Assembly: GCA_963718875.1 (NCBI GenBank)
Contig: OY970378.1
Location: 477,373-541,372 of the forward strand
Origin: Candidatus Parcubacteria bacterium
Lineage (GTDB): Bacteria > Patescibacteriota > Saccharimonadia > UBA4664 > JBIOIQ01
Reading direction: 5' to 3'
DNA: 64,000 nucleotides
The translations under genes and the position numbers were made by a program. Below, piece after piece: positions 29,263-38,891 of the stretch. Under the pieces are notes generated by a model. That model saw nothing but the letters and a program-made list of their open reading frames with translations. It was not told the DNA's origin and searched no databases. Numbering within the stretch: the first letter of the stretch is position 1; the number at the start of each line of letters is the position of its first letter.

Positions 29263-30366
29263 ATGATAATTACTACTCTCTTGGTAGTTGCGATTTTTTC
29301 GCTGTTGGTCTTTGTACACGAGTTGGGGCATTTTTTGGTTGCTAGACGCAATGGCGTTGAAGTTGACGAATTTGGTTTTGGGTTTCCACCCCGTGTAGTG
29401 GGGAAAAAGGTAGGAAAGACCCTTTATAGCATTAACGCTATACCACTGGGTGGGTTTGTACGCTTAAGAGGCGAAGATATGCGTGATACTTCGCCCGGTA
29501 GTTTTGGAAGTGCGAGTATGTGGGTAAAAACCAAAATAATGTTGGCTGGGGTAGTTATGAATACCCTCCTTGCTTATTTATTATTGCTCGTGCTGTGCCT
29601 AACGGGGTTGCCGTCGGCTTTTACAGCTGGTTTTAAGTTACCTGCTCCGATAACTTCGACAGCTAAGCAGGTTATGGTTTTAAATGTTAGCGAGGACACA
29701 CCGGCAGGGAAGGCAGGACTATCGAAGGGGGATATAATTGTGGCGGTTAATGGTAAGAGCTTAAGTAGTGAGTCGGATTTAACCAGTTTCACGAAAGCTC
29801 ATGCCGGCGAAACGGTTAAGTTTAGTCTTGAACAAGACGGAAAGAGTCGAGTAATTGACATTAAGCTAAATGATAAGGAAGTGGGTAAAAAAGCCGGCTA
29901 TTTAGGAGTGCTGCCACTTCAAGTACACAACCAGCGTTATGGACTCAACTCTATTTGGGTAGCAGCATCATTGACTGTTCAAATGTTGGGGTTGACAGCT
30001 TTAGGAGTATTACAAATGTTTGCCAATTTGCCAGGGCTCATGGCTGGGGTTTTTCAAGCTGGGGTGCCGCAAGCAGCAGAGACAGTTGCTGGTCCGATTG
30101 GTATTTTTACGGCTCTGCAAAATATCAAGCTTTTAGGCTTCAATTATTTAGTGTTCTTTATAACCACTATATCTATAGCCTTGGCCGTTTTTAATGTTTT
30201 ACCAATTCCTGTTTTAGACGGGGGAAAACTGGCTTTGATTTGGTTACAGCGCTTGTTAAAGCGGACATTTTCGCCAGAAACGGAAGGAAAAATTTATGCT
30301 ATTAGCTTTGCTTTGTTGGGTGTATTGGTCCTGGTTGTCAGCGTTTTTGACATTCGGAGATTGTAA
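29263..30366 (+). CDS. rseP: RseP-type site-2 zinc metalloprotease with PDZ domain
   Basis: HELGH motif in TM1; PDZ region; C-terminal LDGG. Confidence 0.85.
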   Translation: MIITTLLVVAIFSLLVFVHELGHFLVARRNGVEVDEFGFGFPPRVVGKKVGKTLYSINAIPLGGFVRLRGEDMRDTSPGSFGSASMWVKTKIMLAGVVMNTLLAYLLLLVLCLTGLPSAFTAGFKLPAPITSTAKQVMVLNVSEDTPAGKAGLSKGDIIVAVNGKSLSSESDLTSFTKAHAGETVKFSLEQDGKSRVIDIKLNDKEVGKKAGYLGVLPLQVHNQRYGLNSIWVAASLTVQMLGLTALGVLQMFANLPGLMAGVFQAGVPQAAETVAGPIGIFTALQNIKLLGFNYLVFFITTISIALAVFNVLPIPVLDGGKLALIWLQRLLKRTFSPETEGKIYAISFALLGVLVLVVSVFDIRRL

Positions 30367-30371
30367 AACCG

Positions 30372-31097
30372 ATGAAAAAACTGGCTGCGCTTGAAGTTCC
30401 TTGGCGCCCAATCGACGCCATCGTGGCGTTTTTACTTGCTTGGATAGGCGCTCCTATTGCTATTGTGTATGGGTTAAAGCTAACCTCACCCTATGTTCCA
30501 GTTTTCAATGCTTTTTTGGTGGGTTTGCGCGGTGGGGGCATTGAGGTAAGCTTTATTTTTGCTGTCATTAACGGCCTAGTAACCTTATCTATATTGGCAC
30601 TATATTTGAGGAAATATACTGCTCGGTGGCGGGATTTGGGCTGGAAAAAATTTAACGTTTTTAAAGCGGCACTATATATTGTTCTGGCGTTTGTATTGTT
30701 TATAGCATCAGTTGAAGCTGCATTTTGGCTTGTAACGTACGTTTTTCCCCAGTTCAACGCCAACCAGGCCCAGACCAATGAGTTTACCAGCCCTACTTCG
30801 TCCACCGCTCGTACGCTAAGCTTGATTGCCTTGGTGGCATTGCCACCGGTTATCGAAGAAACTTTGTTTAGAGGTTTTATTTTTCCGGCTCTTTCCAAAT
30901 GGGGGGGTGTAGTGGTTGGGGCGGTACTTACTAGCTTAATGTTTGGTTTTGCGCATCTTCAGTACAACGTGGGGCTTTATACCATAATTTTGAGTTTAAT
31001 TTTGTGTGCCATGTACTATCGTTTACGCAGTATATGGCCGGGTGTATTACTACATATGATAAACAACTACATTGCTTTCATGGCTAACATCAAGTAA
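30372..31097 (+). CDS. CPBP (CAAX) family intramembrane metalloprotease
   Basis: EETLFRG, FGFAH and HMINN motifs. Confidence 0.8.
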   Translation: MKKLAALEVPWRPIDAIVAFLLAWIGAPIAIVYGLKLTSPYVPVFNAFLVGLRGGGIEVSFIFAVINGLVTLSILALYLRKYTARWRDLGWKKFNVFKAALYIVLAFVLFIASVEAAFWLVTYVFPQFNANQAQTNEFTSPTSSTARTLSLIALVALPPVIEETLFRGFIFPALSKWGGVVVGAVLTSLMFGFAHLQYNVGLYTIILSLILCAMYYRLRSIWPGVLLHMINNYIAFMANIK

Positions 31098-31384
31098 GAG
31101 CGAGCTTGATATTTAGAGTCTAACTCGCTTACTGTAAGAGGGCGAGCTATTTCACTTGAAGGTACTTAGCTTTCTATAGGTCTAAAGCACACACGTTTAA
31201 AGTGCTTAAAAACCAGTCTACATTAGACTTATAGTTTAAATGATAACAACCACACTTCCTTGAATTTAGAGCCTAGCCTGTCAGTTGGCGGTTTAGGACG
31301 GCAGCGGCGGAGGGGTTTTGAGTTTAGGGATTATGATAAATATATTTAGATGTCCTTAATTAACCTCATCGTTTAGATCGATGT

Positions 31385-31545
31385 AGCTTAGATTTGACGG
31401 GGTGACGGGGGTTTGATAGGCTAGAGTCAAAGCTGTGAAGGGGTATCCCGCCCTGGAGCCGTCGCCGATGGCGAGGCGAGCTGCCGGTGATGAGCCGAGC
31501 CGGACCCCAACCGTTATAGTGGGGCTGAAAGTATGTTTCAGCATT
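31385..31545. other. GC-rich non-coding patch within a 560-bp intergenic region (possible small structured RNA)
   Basis: Local GC is elevated. A gctgaaa...tttcagc hairpin is present. Only a 62-codon minus-strand ORF. Confidence 0.2.
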
Positions 31546-31661
31546 AAGGCTGTATTAGTAATAATGCAGTGAAGGCAAGATGGTACCGCGACTCTTTAAT
31601 CGCTCTTGCTAAACACTTTTTGTGTTTAGAGAAGAGTGGTTTTTTAATTGGGAGAGGTTTT

Positions 31662-31997
31662 ATGACTATAAGTTACGCAGACTTTGAAAAGGTGGATATC
31701 AGGAGTGGAAAAATTATTGGAGTTGAGGACTTTCCGGAAGCCCGCAAGCCTGCCTTCAAATTAACGATTGATTTTGGCCCTGAGATTGGAGTAAAACGAT
31801 CATCGGCGCAGATAACCGAGTACTATAGTAAAGCTGATCTTGAAGGAAAAATGGTTTTGGGCGTGGTTAATTTTGCTCCAAAACAAATAGGGCCATTTAT
31901 TTCTGAGTGTTTAACTTTAGGACTACCTGATGATAATAATAATGTAATTTTGGTTACTCCTGAGAGGGATGTAGCCGTAGGAAGGAAACTGTTTTAA
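31662..31997 (+). CDS. csaA: tRNA-binding protein CsaA/Trbp111-like (EMAP fold)
   Basis: DFEKVDIRSGKI...ARKPAFKLTIDFG...NFAPKQIGPF. Confidence 0.8.
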   Translation: MTISYADFEKVDIRSGKIIGVEDFPEARKPAFKLTIDFGPEIGVKRSSAQITEYYSKADLEGKMVLGVVNFAPKQIGPFISECLTLGLPDDNNNVILVTPERDVAVGRKLF

Positions 31998-33244
31998 TGA
32001 GATTATCGCAAACGTTTGGTTCGACAATCAAAAATGTATCTAAAGAAGGTGGAGATAGCTTAAATTACCAGTTTTTGACTCGAGGTGGCTTTGTAAATCA
32101 GCTAATGGCTGGGGTTTACTCATATCTACCTTTAGGGTTAATGGTTCTAAGAAACATTGAGCAGGTCGTGCGCGAAGAGATGGATGCTTTGGGCTCCAGC
32201 GAGATTCTCATGCCAACGCTTCATCCAAAAGTTAACTGGGCCACTACTGGTGGCTGGGACAATATCGATGTCTTATTTAAAATTAAAAGTCGCACTGGCC
32301 ATGAATACGCATTAGGGCAAAGCGAAGAAGAAGTTGTGACGCCTCTCGTAATGAGCAGAGCTGTTTCTTATAAGGATTTTCCAATAAGTGTTTATCAAAT
32401 TCATTGGAAATACCGCGACGAGTTGAGGGCGAAATCTGGCATCATGCGAGGTCGTGAATTCTTGATGAAGGATATGTATAGTTTTCATGCAACTCAAGAG
32501 GATTTTTTAGCATACTATGAGCGAGCAAAAAAGGCTTATTTACGTATTTACGATCGTTTGGGGTTGGTGGCGAAAGTAACAGAGGCTTCGGGGGGCAATT
32601 TTTCGGAAAAAATTTCCTATGAGTTCGAGGTTCTTACTGAGGCCGGGGAAGATGTTATCTACTATTGCGATGAGTGTGATTTTTGCGTGGAAGATGAGAT
32701 TGCCAAGGTAAAGCCGGGTGATAAATGCCCATCGTGTGGCAAAAGTGAGCTTAAGGAGGCTAAAGCTAGTGAAGTAGGCAACGTTTTTGATCTCGGACAA
32801 AAATATGGTAAAGACTTTGATTTAGGGTTTGTTGACGAGCATGACCAAAAACAATATCCAGTCATGGGCTGCTACGGTATTGGCGTTTCGCGAATTATGG
32901 GGGTAATTGTTGAAAAATACAATGATGAACGCGGAATTATATGGCCAGAAAGCGTGGCCCCAGCGAAGGTACACCTCGTATCTCTGGGAGAAGATAAGAC
33001 AATCAACGATGAGGCGGAAAGGTTGTACGAAAAATTAATAGCTTCCGGAGTAGCGGTAGTCTACGATGATCGCTCTGGCGTTGGAGCAGGAACTAAATTT
33101 GCAGACGCTGATCTGATTGGCTGCCCAATTCGTGTTGCAGTGAGCGCAAAAACTTTGAATCAAAATTCGGTTGAGCTCAAAAAGCGCAATAGCGTTGATA
33201 GTGAGCTAATAAAGATTTCTGACGCTGTAAAGTTTTTGTCATAG
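31997..33244 (+). CDS. proS: prolyl-tRNA synthetase (no INS editing domain; contains a CxxC...CxxC knuckle)
   Basis: Class II core. RLSQ...KNVSKEGGDSLNYQFLTRGGFV N-terminus. MKDMYSFH motif 2 region. Confidence 0.85.
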   Translation: MRLSQTFGSTIKNVSKEGGDSLNYQFLTRGGFVNQLMAGVYSYLPLGLMVLRNIEQVVREEMDALGSSEILMPTLHPKVNWATTGGWDNIDVLFKIKSRTGHEYALGQSEEEVVTPLVMSRAVSYKDFPISVYQIHWKYRDELRAKSGIMRGREFLMKDMYSFHATQEDFLAYYERAKKAYLRIYDRLGLVAKVTEASGGNFSEKISYEFEVLTEAGEDVIYYCDECDFCVEDEIAKVKPGDKCPSCGKSELKEAKASEVGNVFDLGQKYGKDFDLGFVDEHDQKQYPVMGCYGIGVSRIMGVIVEKYNDERGIIWPESVAPAKVHLVSLGEDKTINDEAERLYEKLIASGVAVVYDDRSGVGAGTKFADADLIGCPIRVAVSAKTLNQNSVELKKRNSVDSELIKISDAVKFLS

Positions 33245-33394
33245 TGCTCATGCAACCATGATCTGGCAAGCAGCATGGATTTTTGAATAAAATAGTTGTG
33301 CTTATTTAGGTCAAAACAAAGCATAATCATATTGAACACTTTATTTAACCTTGTTATGCTCTAAGCCCCACGGTAAACTACAGATATGCTCTGG

Positions 33395-33422
33395 CAAGAT
33401 ACAAGATACAAGATACAAGATA
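33395..33422. repeat. (CAAGATA)4 perfect tandem heptamer array immediately upstream of the mreB start codon
   Basis: Seen directly; it occupies the region where the ribosome-binding site would normally sit. Confidence 0.8.
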
Positions 33423-33429
33423 CAAAGTC

Positions 33430-34482
33430 ATGATTAATCGTTTTCTAGGACTGTTTTCGCACGACATTGGTATTGACTTAGGTACAGCTAATACGCTGGT
33501 CTATGTCCGTGGTAAAGGCATAGTCATCAACGAGCCGAGCGTGGTGGCGATCAATTCCAAAACTAACCAAGTTTTGGCTATTGGTGACGAAGCAAAGAAA
33601 ATGGTGGGACGCACACCGGCTAATATTGTAGCGACCCGACCGCTGGTAGATGGAGTTGTGAGCGATTTTGAAGTGACCGAACAAATGTTGAAATACTTCA
33701 TTGATAAGGTACATAAAGAGACGTTTAGCATTTTGCCTCGTCCCAGAGTGGTAATTGGTATACCTAGCGGTGTTACTGAGGTAGAAAAACGGGCCGTGGA
33801 AGACGCTGCTACTAATGCTGGTGCGCGTCAAACTTTTTTAATTGAGGAACCAATGGCAGCAGCGATTGGCAGTCGGTTGCCAATTCAAGATGCCGCCGGG
33901 AGTTTGATTGTTGATATTGGAGGAGGCACCACTGAAGTAGCAGTAATATCATTGGGTGGCATTGTGTCGTCGCGCAGCTTGAGAATTGCTGGAGACGAGC
34001 TGTCTGAGGATATAATCCAATATGCTCGTGATGAGTTTAGCCTGCAGATAGGCGAGAGAACGGCTGAAAATATTAAGATTGCCATAGGGTCGGCTTATCC
34101 ACTCCAAACAACGATGGAGGCTCCTATGCGGGGACGGGATCTAGTAACTGGTTTGCCAAAGGAAATTATCGTTAATTCGGATCAAATTCGGTCAGCCTTA
34201 GCTAAGAGCGTGCGGACAATTGTAGAAGCGATTAAAATTACGGTTGAAGAAACACCGCCAGAGCTAGTGGCCGACATTATGGATCGGGGGATTATTTTGG
34301 CTGGTGGAGGTGCGTTATTGAAAGGTCTAGACCTTTTGATTCATCGCGAGACTAAAATGCCAGTATACATAACTGACGATCCGTTGACGGCGGTGGCGCG
34401 CGGGACGGGGTTGGTTTTAGAGGACATTGATAGCTTGAAAGATGTGCTGGTATCAACGCAATTTGGAAAAGTTCCGCGATGA
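33430..34482 (+). CDS. mreB: rod shape-determining protein MreB
   Basis: DIGIDLGTANTLVYV actin-fold signature. Confidence 0.95.
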   Translation: MINRFLGLFSHDIGIDLGTANTLVYVRGKGIVINEPSVVAINSKTNQVLAIGDEAKKMVGRTPANIVATRPLVDGVVSDFEVTEQMLKYFIDKVHKETFSILPRPRVVIGIPSGVTEVEKRAVEDAATNAGARQTFLIEEPMAAAIGSRLPIQDAAGSLIVDIGGGTTEVAVISLGGIVSSRSLRIAGDELSEDIIQYARDEFSLQIGERTAENIKIAIGSAYPLQTTMEAPMRGRDLVTGLPKEIIVNSDQIRSALAKSVRTIVEAIKITVEETPPELVADIMDRGIILAGGGALLKGLDLLIHRETKMPVYITDDPLTAVARGTGLVLEDIDSLKDVLVSTQFGKVPR

Positions 34483-34524
34483 AATTGCTTGGGCTAGCGA
34501 GATTGGTCGGGTTTCGGAGGGTAG

Positions 34525-35319
34525 ATGAAAAAACGTCCGGCTAATCGCATAATCATTATTGTAGCTATTGGAGTTGCCTTGGTTGGGCTAGGCAGATTGG
34601 GCGCATTACGGCCAATAACACAGACGTTGGGAGTCGTTACATCTCCGGTGATGAAGCTCATGGCTGGTAGTGGGAGTAGTGTAAGTAATTTTTTTGATTT
34701 TATGGGGAAAATAAAAGATCTAAACCGACGCAATATTGAGCTTACAAGTGAAGTGCGGGATTTAAAACAACAGCTGGCGGCTGATGTTGAAATGAGGGTT
34801 CAAAATACTGCCTTAAGAAAGCAGCTTGGGTTCTCAAATCCAAGTAATCAAGCCGTTGTGCCGGCTGAAATCGTGGCCTATCAGCCTGATAACTTTCGGG
34901 CATTTGTTACCATCAACCGTGGTAGGCGTGACGGTTTGCGCAATGGTATGGCTGTAACAAGCCAAGGATCGTTGTTGGGTAAACTTGTAAATACCCAAGA
35001 AAACACTTCCCAAGTTTTTTTACTTAATGATCCGGATTTTAAAGTAGCTGCTATTGACCAGAATACGCGCACTACAGGTATTGTACACGGACAGATAGGT
35101 AAAGGATTGGTCTTAACAAATGTGCCTCAAGATCAAATAGTTAAGACTGGTGACATGCTGGTCACAAGCGGATTGGGTGGGGACTTTCCTAAGGGACTTA
35201 TTATTGGGAAAATCGAGACAATTAGCCGTCAAGACAACGCCATCTTTCAGAGTGCCGCGGTAGTACCAAGCGTTAAGATAAACCAGCTTGAGTTAGTGTT
35301 TATTATGATTTCGCCATGA
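34525..35319 (+). CDS. mreC: rod shape-determining protein MreC
   Basis: N-terminal TM helix, coiled coil and beta-rich C-terminus; positioned after mreB. Confidence 0.8.
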   Translation: MKKRPANRIIIIVAIGVALVGLGRLGALRPITQTLGVVTSPVMKLMAGSGSSVSNFFDFMGKIKDLNRRNIELTSEVRDLKQQLAADVEMRVQNTALRKQLGFSNPSNQAVVPAEIVAYQPDNFRAFVTINRGRRDGLRNGMAVTSQGSLLGKLVNTQENTSQVFLLNDPDFKVAAIDQNTRTTGIVHGQIGKGLVLTNVPQDQIVKTGDMLVTSGLGGDFPKGLIIGKIETISRQDNAIFQSAAVVPSVKINQLELVFIMISP

Positions 35320-35834
35320 GGTATTTAAGGCTACTAGGCTTAACTGTTTTAACGGTATGGTTGGGTGTAAGTTTTTTGGGAGCCTGGCGTCCATTAGGGG
35401 TTGTTCCGGACTTATTTTTAGTGGTTTTAGTAGTAGCAGCAAGCTCAAAGATTCATGCGAGTGAGCTTATGTCCATGGCAATAGGCGGCGGGTTTTTGCT
35501 CGATTATGTGAGCGGGATAGATTTTGGTTTAAGAATAGCTTTTTTTTGCTTCATTGCGCTTCTAATGGTAATTATAAGGCGTACGGGTGCCGATTTTGAA
35601 CGGTTGAGCACGAAGCTTGTGGCTGTGTTGGGGTTTACCGTGCTTTATGACGCAGTTATTTTGGTGCCTTTGCTTTGGCTAAAAAATTCAATTAGTTTGA
35701 GCACTGTTTTAAATAGAGTCGGTATGCAGCTTGTCCTTAATGCAGTGCTGTTAGGTTTGCTTTATTGGCCGTTACGCCGACTATTTGACATTGGAGCCGG
35801 GACTGCGCCGGTTATTAATCAAAGACATCCATAA
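35316..35834 (+). CDS. mreD: rod shape-determining protein MreD
   Basis: Small polytopic membrane protein following mreC with overlapping stop/start. Confidence 0.7.
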   Translation: MRYLRLLGLTVLTVWLGVSFLGAWRPLGVVPDLFLVVLVVAASSKIHASELMSMAIGGGFLLDYVSGIDFGLRIAFFCFIALLMVIIRRTGADFERLSTKLVAVLGFTVLYDAVILVPLLWLKNSISLSTVLNRVGMQLVLNAVLLGLLYWPLRRLFDIGAGTAPVINQRHP

Positions 35835-37906
35835 TGGCAAAACAGCGCTTCAGTTATGGCAACGAAAGCCTCTCCCATAAGCGGTGGCGGATAAAACATA
35901 AGTTGGCTGGGACGGAACAGTGGGCAGATGCTATTATGCCGTCAGAGAGAGGGGTTGGATCGGTAGAAGAGGAGACCAATCGTCGGCCATTACTCATGAT
36001 TGGGGTTGTGTCCGTGTTGGCTTTTTCCATTTTGGCCGCAAGGCTAGCCATGTTGCAGCTGCTAGACGGAGGTCGCAACCTTAGCTTGGCTGACTCGCAG
36101 CGAATCCGCCAAAAAGTCATCAGGGCTCCTCGCGGGGTGGTGTATGATCGCAACCGATCTATTTTGATCCAAAATGAGTCCAACTATGATATTACGGTAG
36201 TCCCTCAAGTGCTTCCAAAGTCTGAATCAAGCCGTCTGAATTTGTATCAGAAAGTCAGCGCTGCGGCTGGTGTGTCGGTAACAGATATAGCCAATGCTGC
36301 AGAAATTACTTGTATTGAAACTAGTAAAAAAAACGGCATAAAGCCCGATGAGGCCAAGCTGGATTGCCTTAGCCGTACTCAGCCTCAGTTAGTGGCGAGT
36401 AATATTAAACGAGATCAGGCGTTATTATTTGACCAAAGGTCCTTGGATTTTCCGGCTTTTGCACTTGACGTTAACCCGATTAGGCGCTATCTCGATAATG
36501 GAGCGCTTGCTCAGACATTGGGCTATGCTGGGCGTATTTCGCCGGACGAATTAAAACATAATCTGACCTATTTACCAACCGACTATATTGGCAAGCTTGG
36601 CATTGAAAAACAGTATGAATCGATATTACGAGGCCTTGATGGAAGCCAGCAAACTGAAGTTGACGTGACGGGGAGGCCGGTTAAGGTGCTGGCAAATCGA
36701 CCGGCTGTGGCAGGAAAAAACTTAGTCCTATCAATTGATATGGGGTTAGAGCAGCATATGACCGAAGCCATAAACCAGCAGCTGGCTGCTGCCCAGGCAA
36801 AGGGCGTGGCCGCCAAACAAGCATCAGGTGTGGCTTTGGATCCTACAACTGGAGAAATATTGGCTTTGGTTAGTTTACCGACTTACGACAATAATTTATT
36901 TGCTCGGGGCATCTCCCAAACCGACTTTTCTAAACTTGTTGAAGATTCGGCGCAACCTTTGTTTAATAAGCCAGTAGATGGAGCTTATCCGACGGGATCA
37001 ATCATTAAGCCCTTAATTGCTTCTGCTGCACTCCAAGAACGCGTTATTTCGACGTCGACTACCGTTAATGATACGGGGTCGTTACAATTGCCCAACCCGT
37101 ATGATCCGGCCAATCCTTATATATTTCGAAGCTATGAACAGGGTGGTTTTGGGGCCATAAATATTACAAATGCGATTCGTCTCAGCTCTAATGTGTTTTT
37201 TTTCACCATGGGCGGTGGGTTTGGTAATTTGGCTGGACTGGGTGTGGATAGGCTGACAAAGTATTATCGCAGCTATGGGCTGGGGAGTAGGCCCGGAATT
37301 GATTTACCGAGCAAAACGTCCGGACTTGTGCCAACTCCTGACTGGAAGAAAAAGAGCCTGGATCAAGATTGGTATGTCGGTGACACTTACAATATTTCGG
37401 TTGGGCAGGGCGATCTCAAGGCCTCGCCATTGCAAATGGCTAATGCAATTGCGGCCGTAGCTAATGGCGGGTTGGTTTATAAACCGCATCTTGTAACCCA
37501 AGTTTTAGACGACCAAAACCGCGTAATAAAGACTATTAAGCCCGAAATAGAACATAAGGTTCCGGTTTCAAATGATGTTTATAAGGTTATTCAAAACGCA
37601 ATGCGATTAGTTATATCTAGCCCTGATGGCACAGGGTGTTGTTTAATGGAAAAAACTTTACCAGGTCTCGTGGCTGGCAAGACCGGAACGGCGGAAACTG
37701 GTGGTTACACTGGTACGGCCTTGCCGCATTCCTGGTTTGAGGCGTATGCGCCGTATAGTAACCCCCGTATTGTGGTGGTTGTCTTGATTCAGAATGCCGG
37801 AGAGGGAGCTCAGTTTGCACTTCCGGCAGTACGTCAAACCTTACAGTATTATTTTACCCGAGGAGCGGGCAAGCAGTATCTGACGGAACCCTTGCCAGCA
37901 TCCTAA
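35834..37906 (+). CDS. mrdA: penicillin-binding protein 2 (class B transpeptidase)
   Basis: STIKP (SxxK), SSN and KTGTAE motifs. Confidence 0.9.
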   Translation: MAKQRFSYGNESLSHKRWRIKHKLAGTEQWADAIMPSERGVGSVEEETNRRPLLMIGVVSVLAFSILAARLAMLQLLDGGRNLSLADSQRIRQKVIRAPRGVVYDRNRSILIQNESNYDITVVPQVLPKSESSRLNLYQKVSAAAGVSVTDIANAAEITCIETSKKNGIKPDEAKLDCLSRTQPQLVASNIKRDQALLFDQRSLDFPAFALDVNPIRRYLDNGALAQTLGYAGRISPDELKHNLTYLPTDYIGKLGIEKQYESILRGLDGSQQTEVDVTGRPVKVLANRPAVAGKNLVLSIDMGLEQHMTEAINQQLAAAQAKGVAAKQASGVALDPTTGEILALVSLPTYDNNLFARGISQTDFSKLVEDSAQPLFNKPVDGAYPTGSIIKPLIASAALQERVISTSTTVNDTGSLQLPNPYDPANPYIFRSYEQGGFGAINITNAIRLSSNVFFFTMGGGFGNLAGLGVDRLTKYYRSYGLGSRPGIDLPSKTSGLVPTPDWKKKSLDQDWYVGDTYNISVGQGDLKASPLQMANAIAAVANGGLVYKPHLVTQVLDDQNRVIKTIKPEIEHKVPVSNDVYKVIQNAMRLVISSPDGTGCCLMEKTLPGLVAGKTGTAETGGYTGTALPHSWFEAYAPYSNPRIVVVVLIQNAGEGAQFALPAVRQTLQYYFTRGAGKQYLTEPLPAS

Positions 37907-38197
37907 TTACACATTTTATTTCGAAGCATAGAAATTAAAAATATAACCTAATAATGAGACTAGAAAGCCACTTAAACATAAGTTAATTTATTTTGACAAT
38001 AGTAACTATTGACACCTTTTTAAGACAGAGTGAAAATGGATGAGCGCTGGGAGATTATCCCAGGTATTTTTTTTCAATCCGCTCATTACCAGCACCGTCA
38101 CGAGGGCATATTGCCGGGAGGGTGAAGCGCTTTGTCGTGGTTTTAAGGGTTGAGATAGTAAGTCTTAAACATTTCAGGAAGGATGGTAATAGCCATG

Positions 38198-38665
38198 CAA
38201 GCCATGAAAAAAGAATTTTATTTAACCGACGAAGGAGTTGTAAGACTCCGAGAAGAGTTGGCTGATTTAGTGCATAACAAGCGGGTAGAAATTGCAGCCC
38301 GTCTCAAAGAAGCAAAAGAATATGGGGATTTGAGTGAAAACATCCAGTGGGACGACGCCAAAGATCAACAGGCTTTTATAGAGGGTCGTATTGCTGAAAT
38401 TGAAAATATTCTTAAGCACTCTAGTAGAATTGAACATCCCAAAGGTTCTAGTGTGGTGGCTCTAGGGTCAACAGTGCACCTTGAGCTAGAAGATGGTGTT
38501 CAACGTTACGTTATTGTAGGCTCGACTGAAGCCAATCCGGAACAGGGAAGAATTTCAAATGAGTCTCCTATAGGCCAAGCGCTATTGGGTAAGAAACCTG
38601 GTGAAGAAGTTGAAGTCGAAGTGCCTTCTGGAACTCTTAAATACAAAATCACCAAAATCGAATAA
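38198..38665 (+). CDS. greA: transcription elongation factor GreA
   Basis: Coiled-coil N-terminus and FKBP-like C-terminus typical of GreA; start taken at the ATG at 38198. Confidence 0.85.
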   Translation, partial: QAMKKEFYLTDEGVVRLREELADLVHNKRVEIAARLKEAKEYGDLSENIQWDDAKDQQAFIEGRIAEIENILKHSSRIEHPKGSSVVALGSTVHLELEDGVQRYVIVGSTEANPEQGRISNESPIGQALLGKKPGEEVEVEVPSGTLKYKITKIE

Positions 38666-38891
38666 AACTTAATCTTTTGCGCACTTCGGCGTCGTAGCCT
38701 CTAGTTCGCATTCGGCGTATGTCTAATACGCCTCTTTCGTCAGCTGACGGATACGATCTTCGGTTCCTCCTTGAATTGCATCAAAACCTTAAGTTTCAAT
38801 AACAATGAATAAATAAAGTATTCAAGCATAAGCGTAATGAAAGGACCCCTACGAGGGTCCTTTCTCGTTATAGGGAGAATGGTTTGCTACA

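Noticed and set aside
31100-31660. SRP RNA or tmRNA in the 560-bp CPBP-csaA intergenic region
   Set aside because: Only a short GC-rich patch with one hairpin; no SRP domain IV motif (GGAAGCAG-like) or tRNA-like domain was recognisable; kept only as a low-confidence note.
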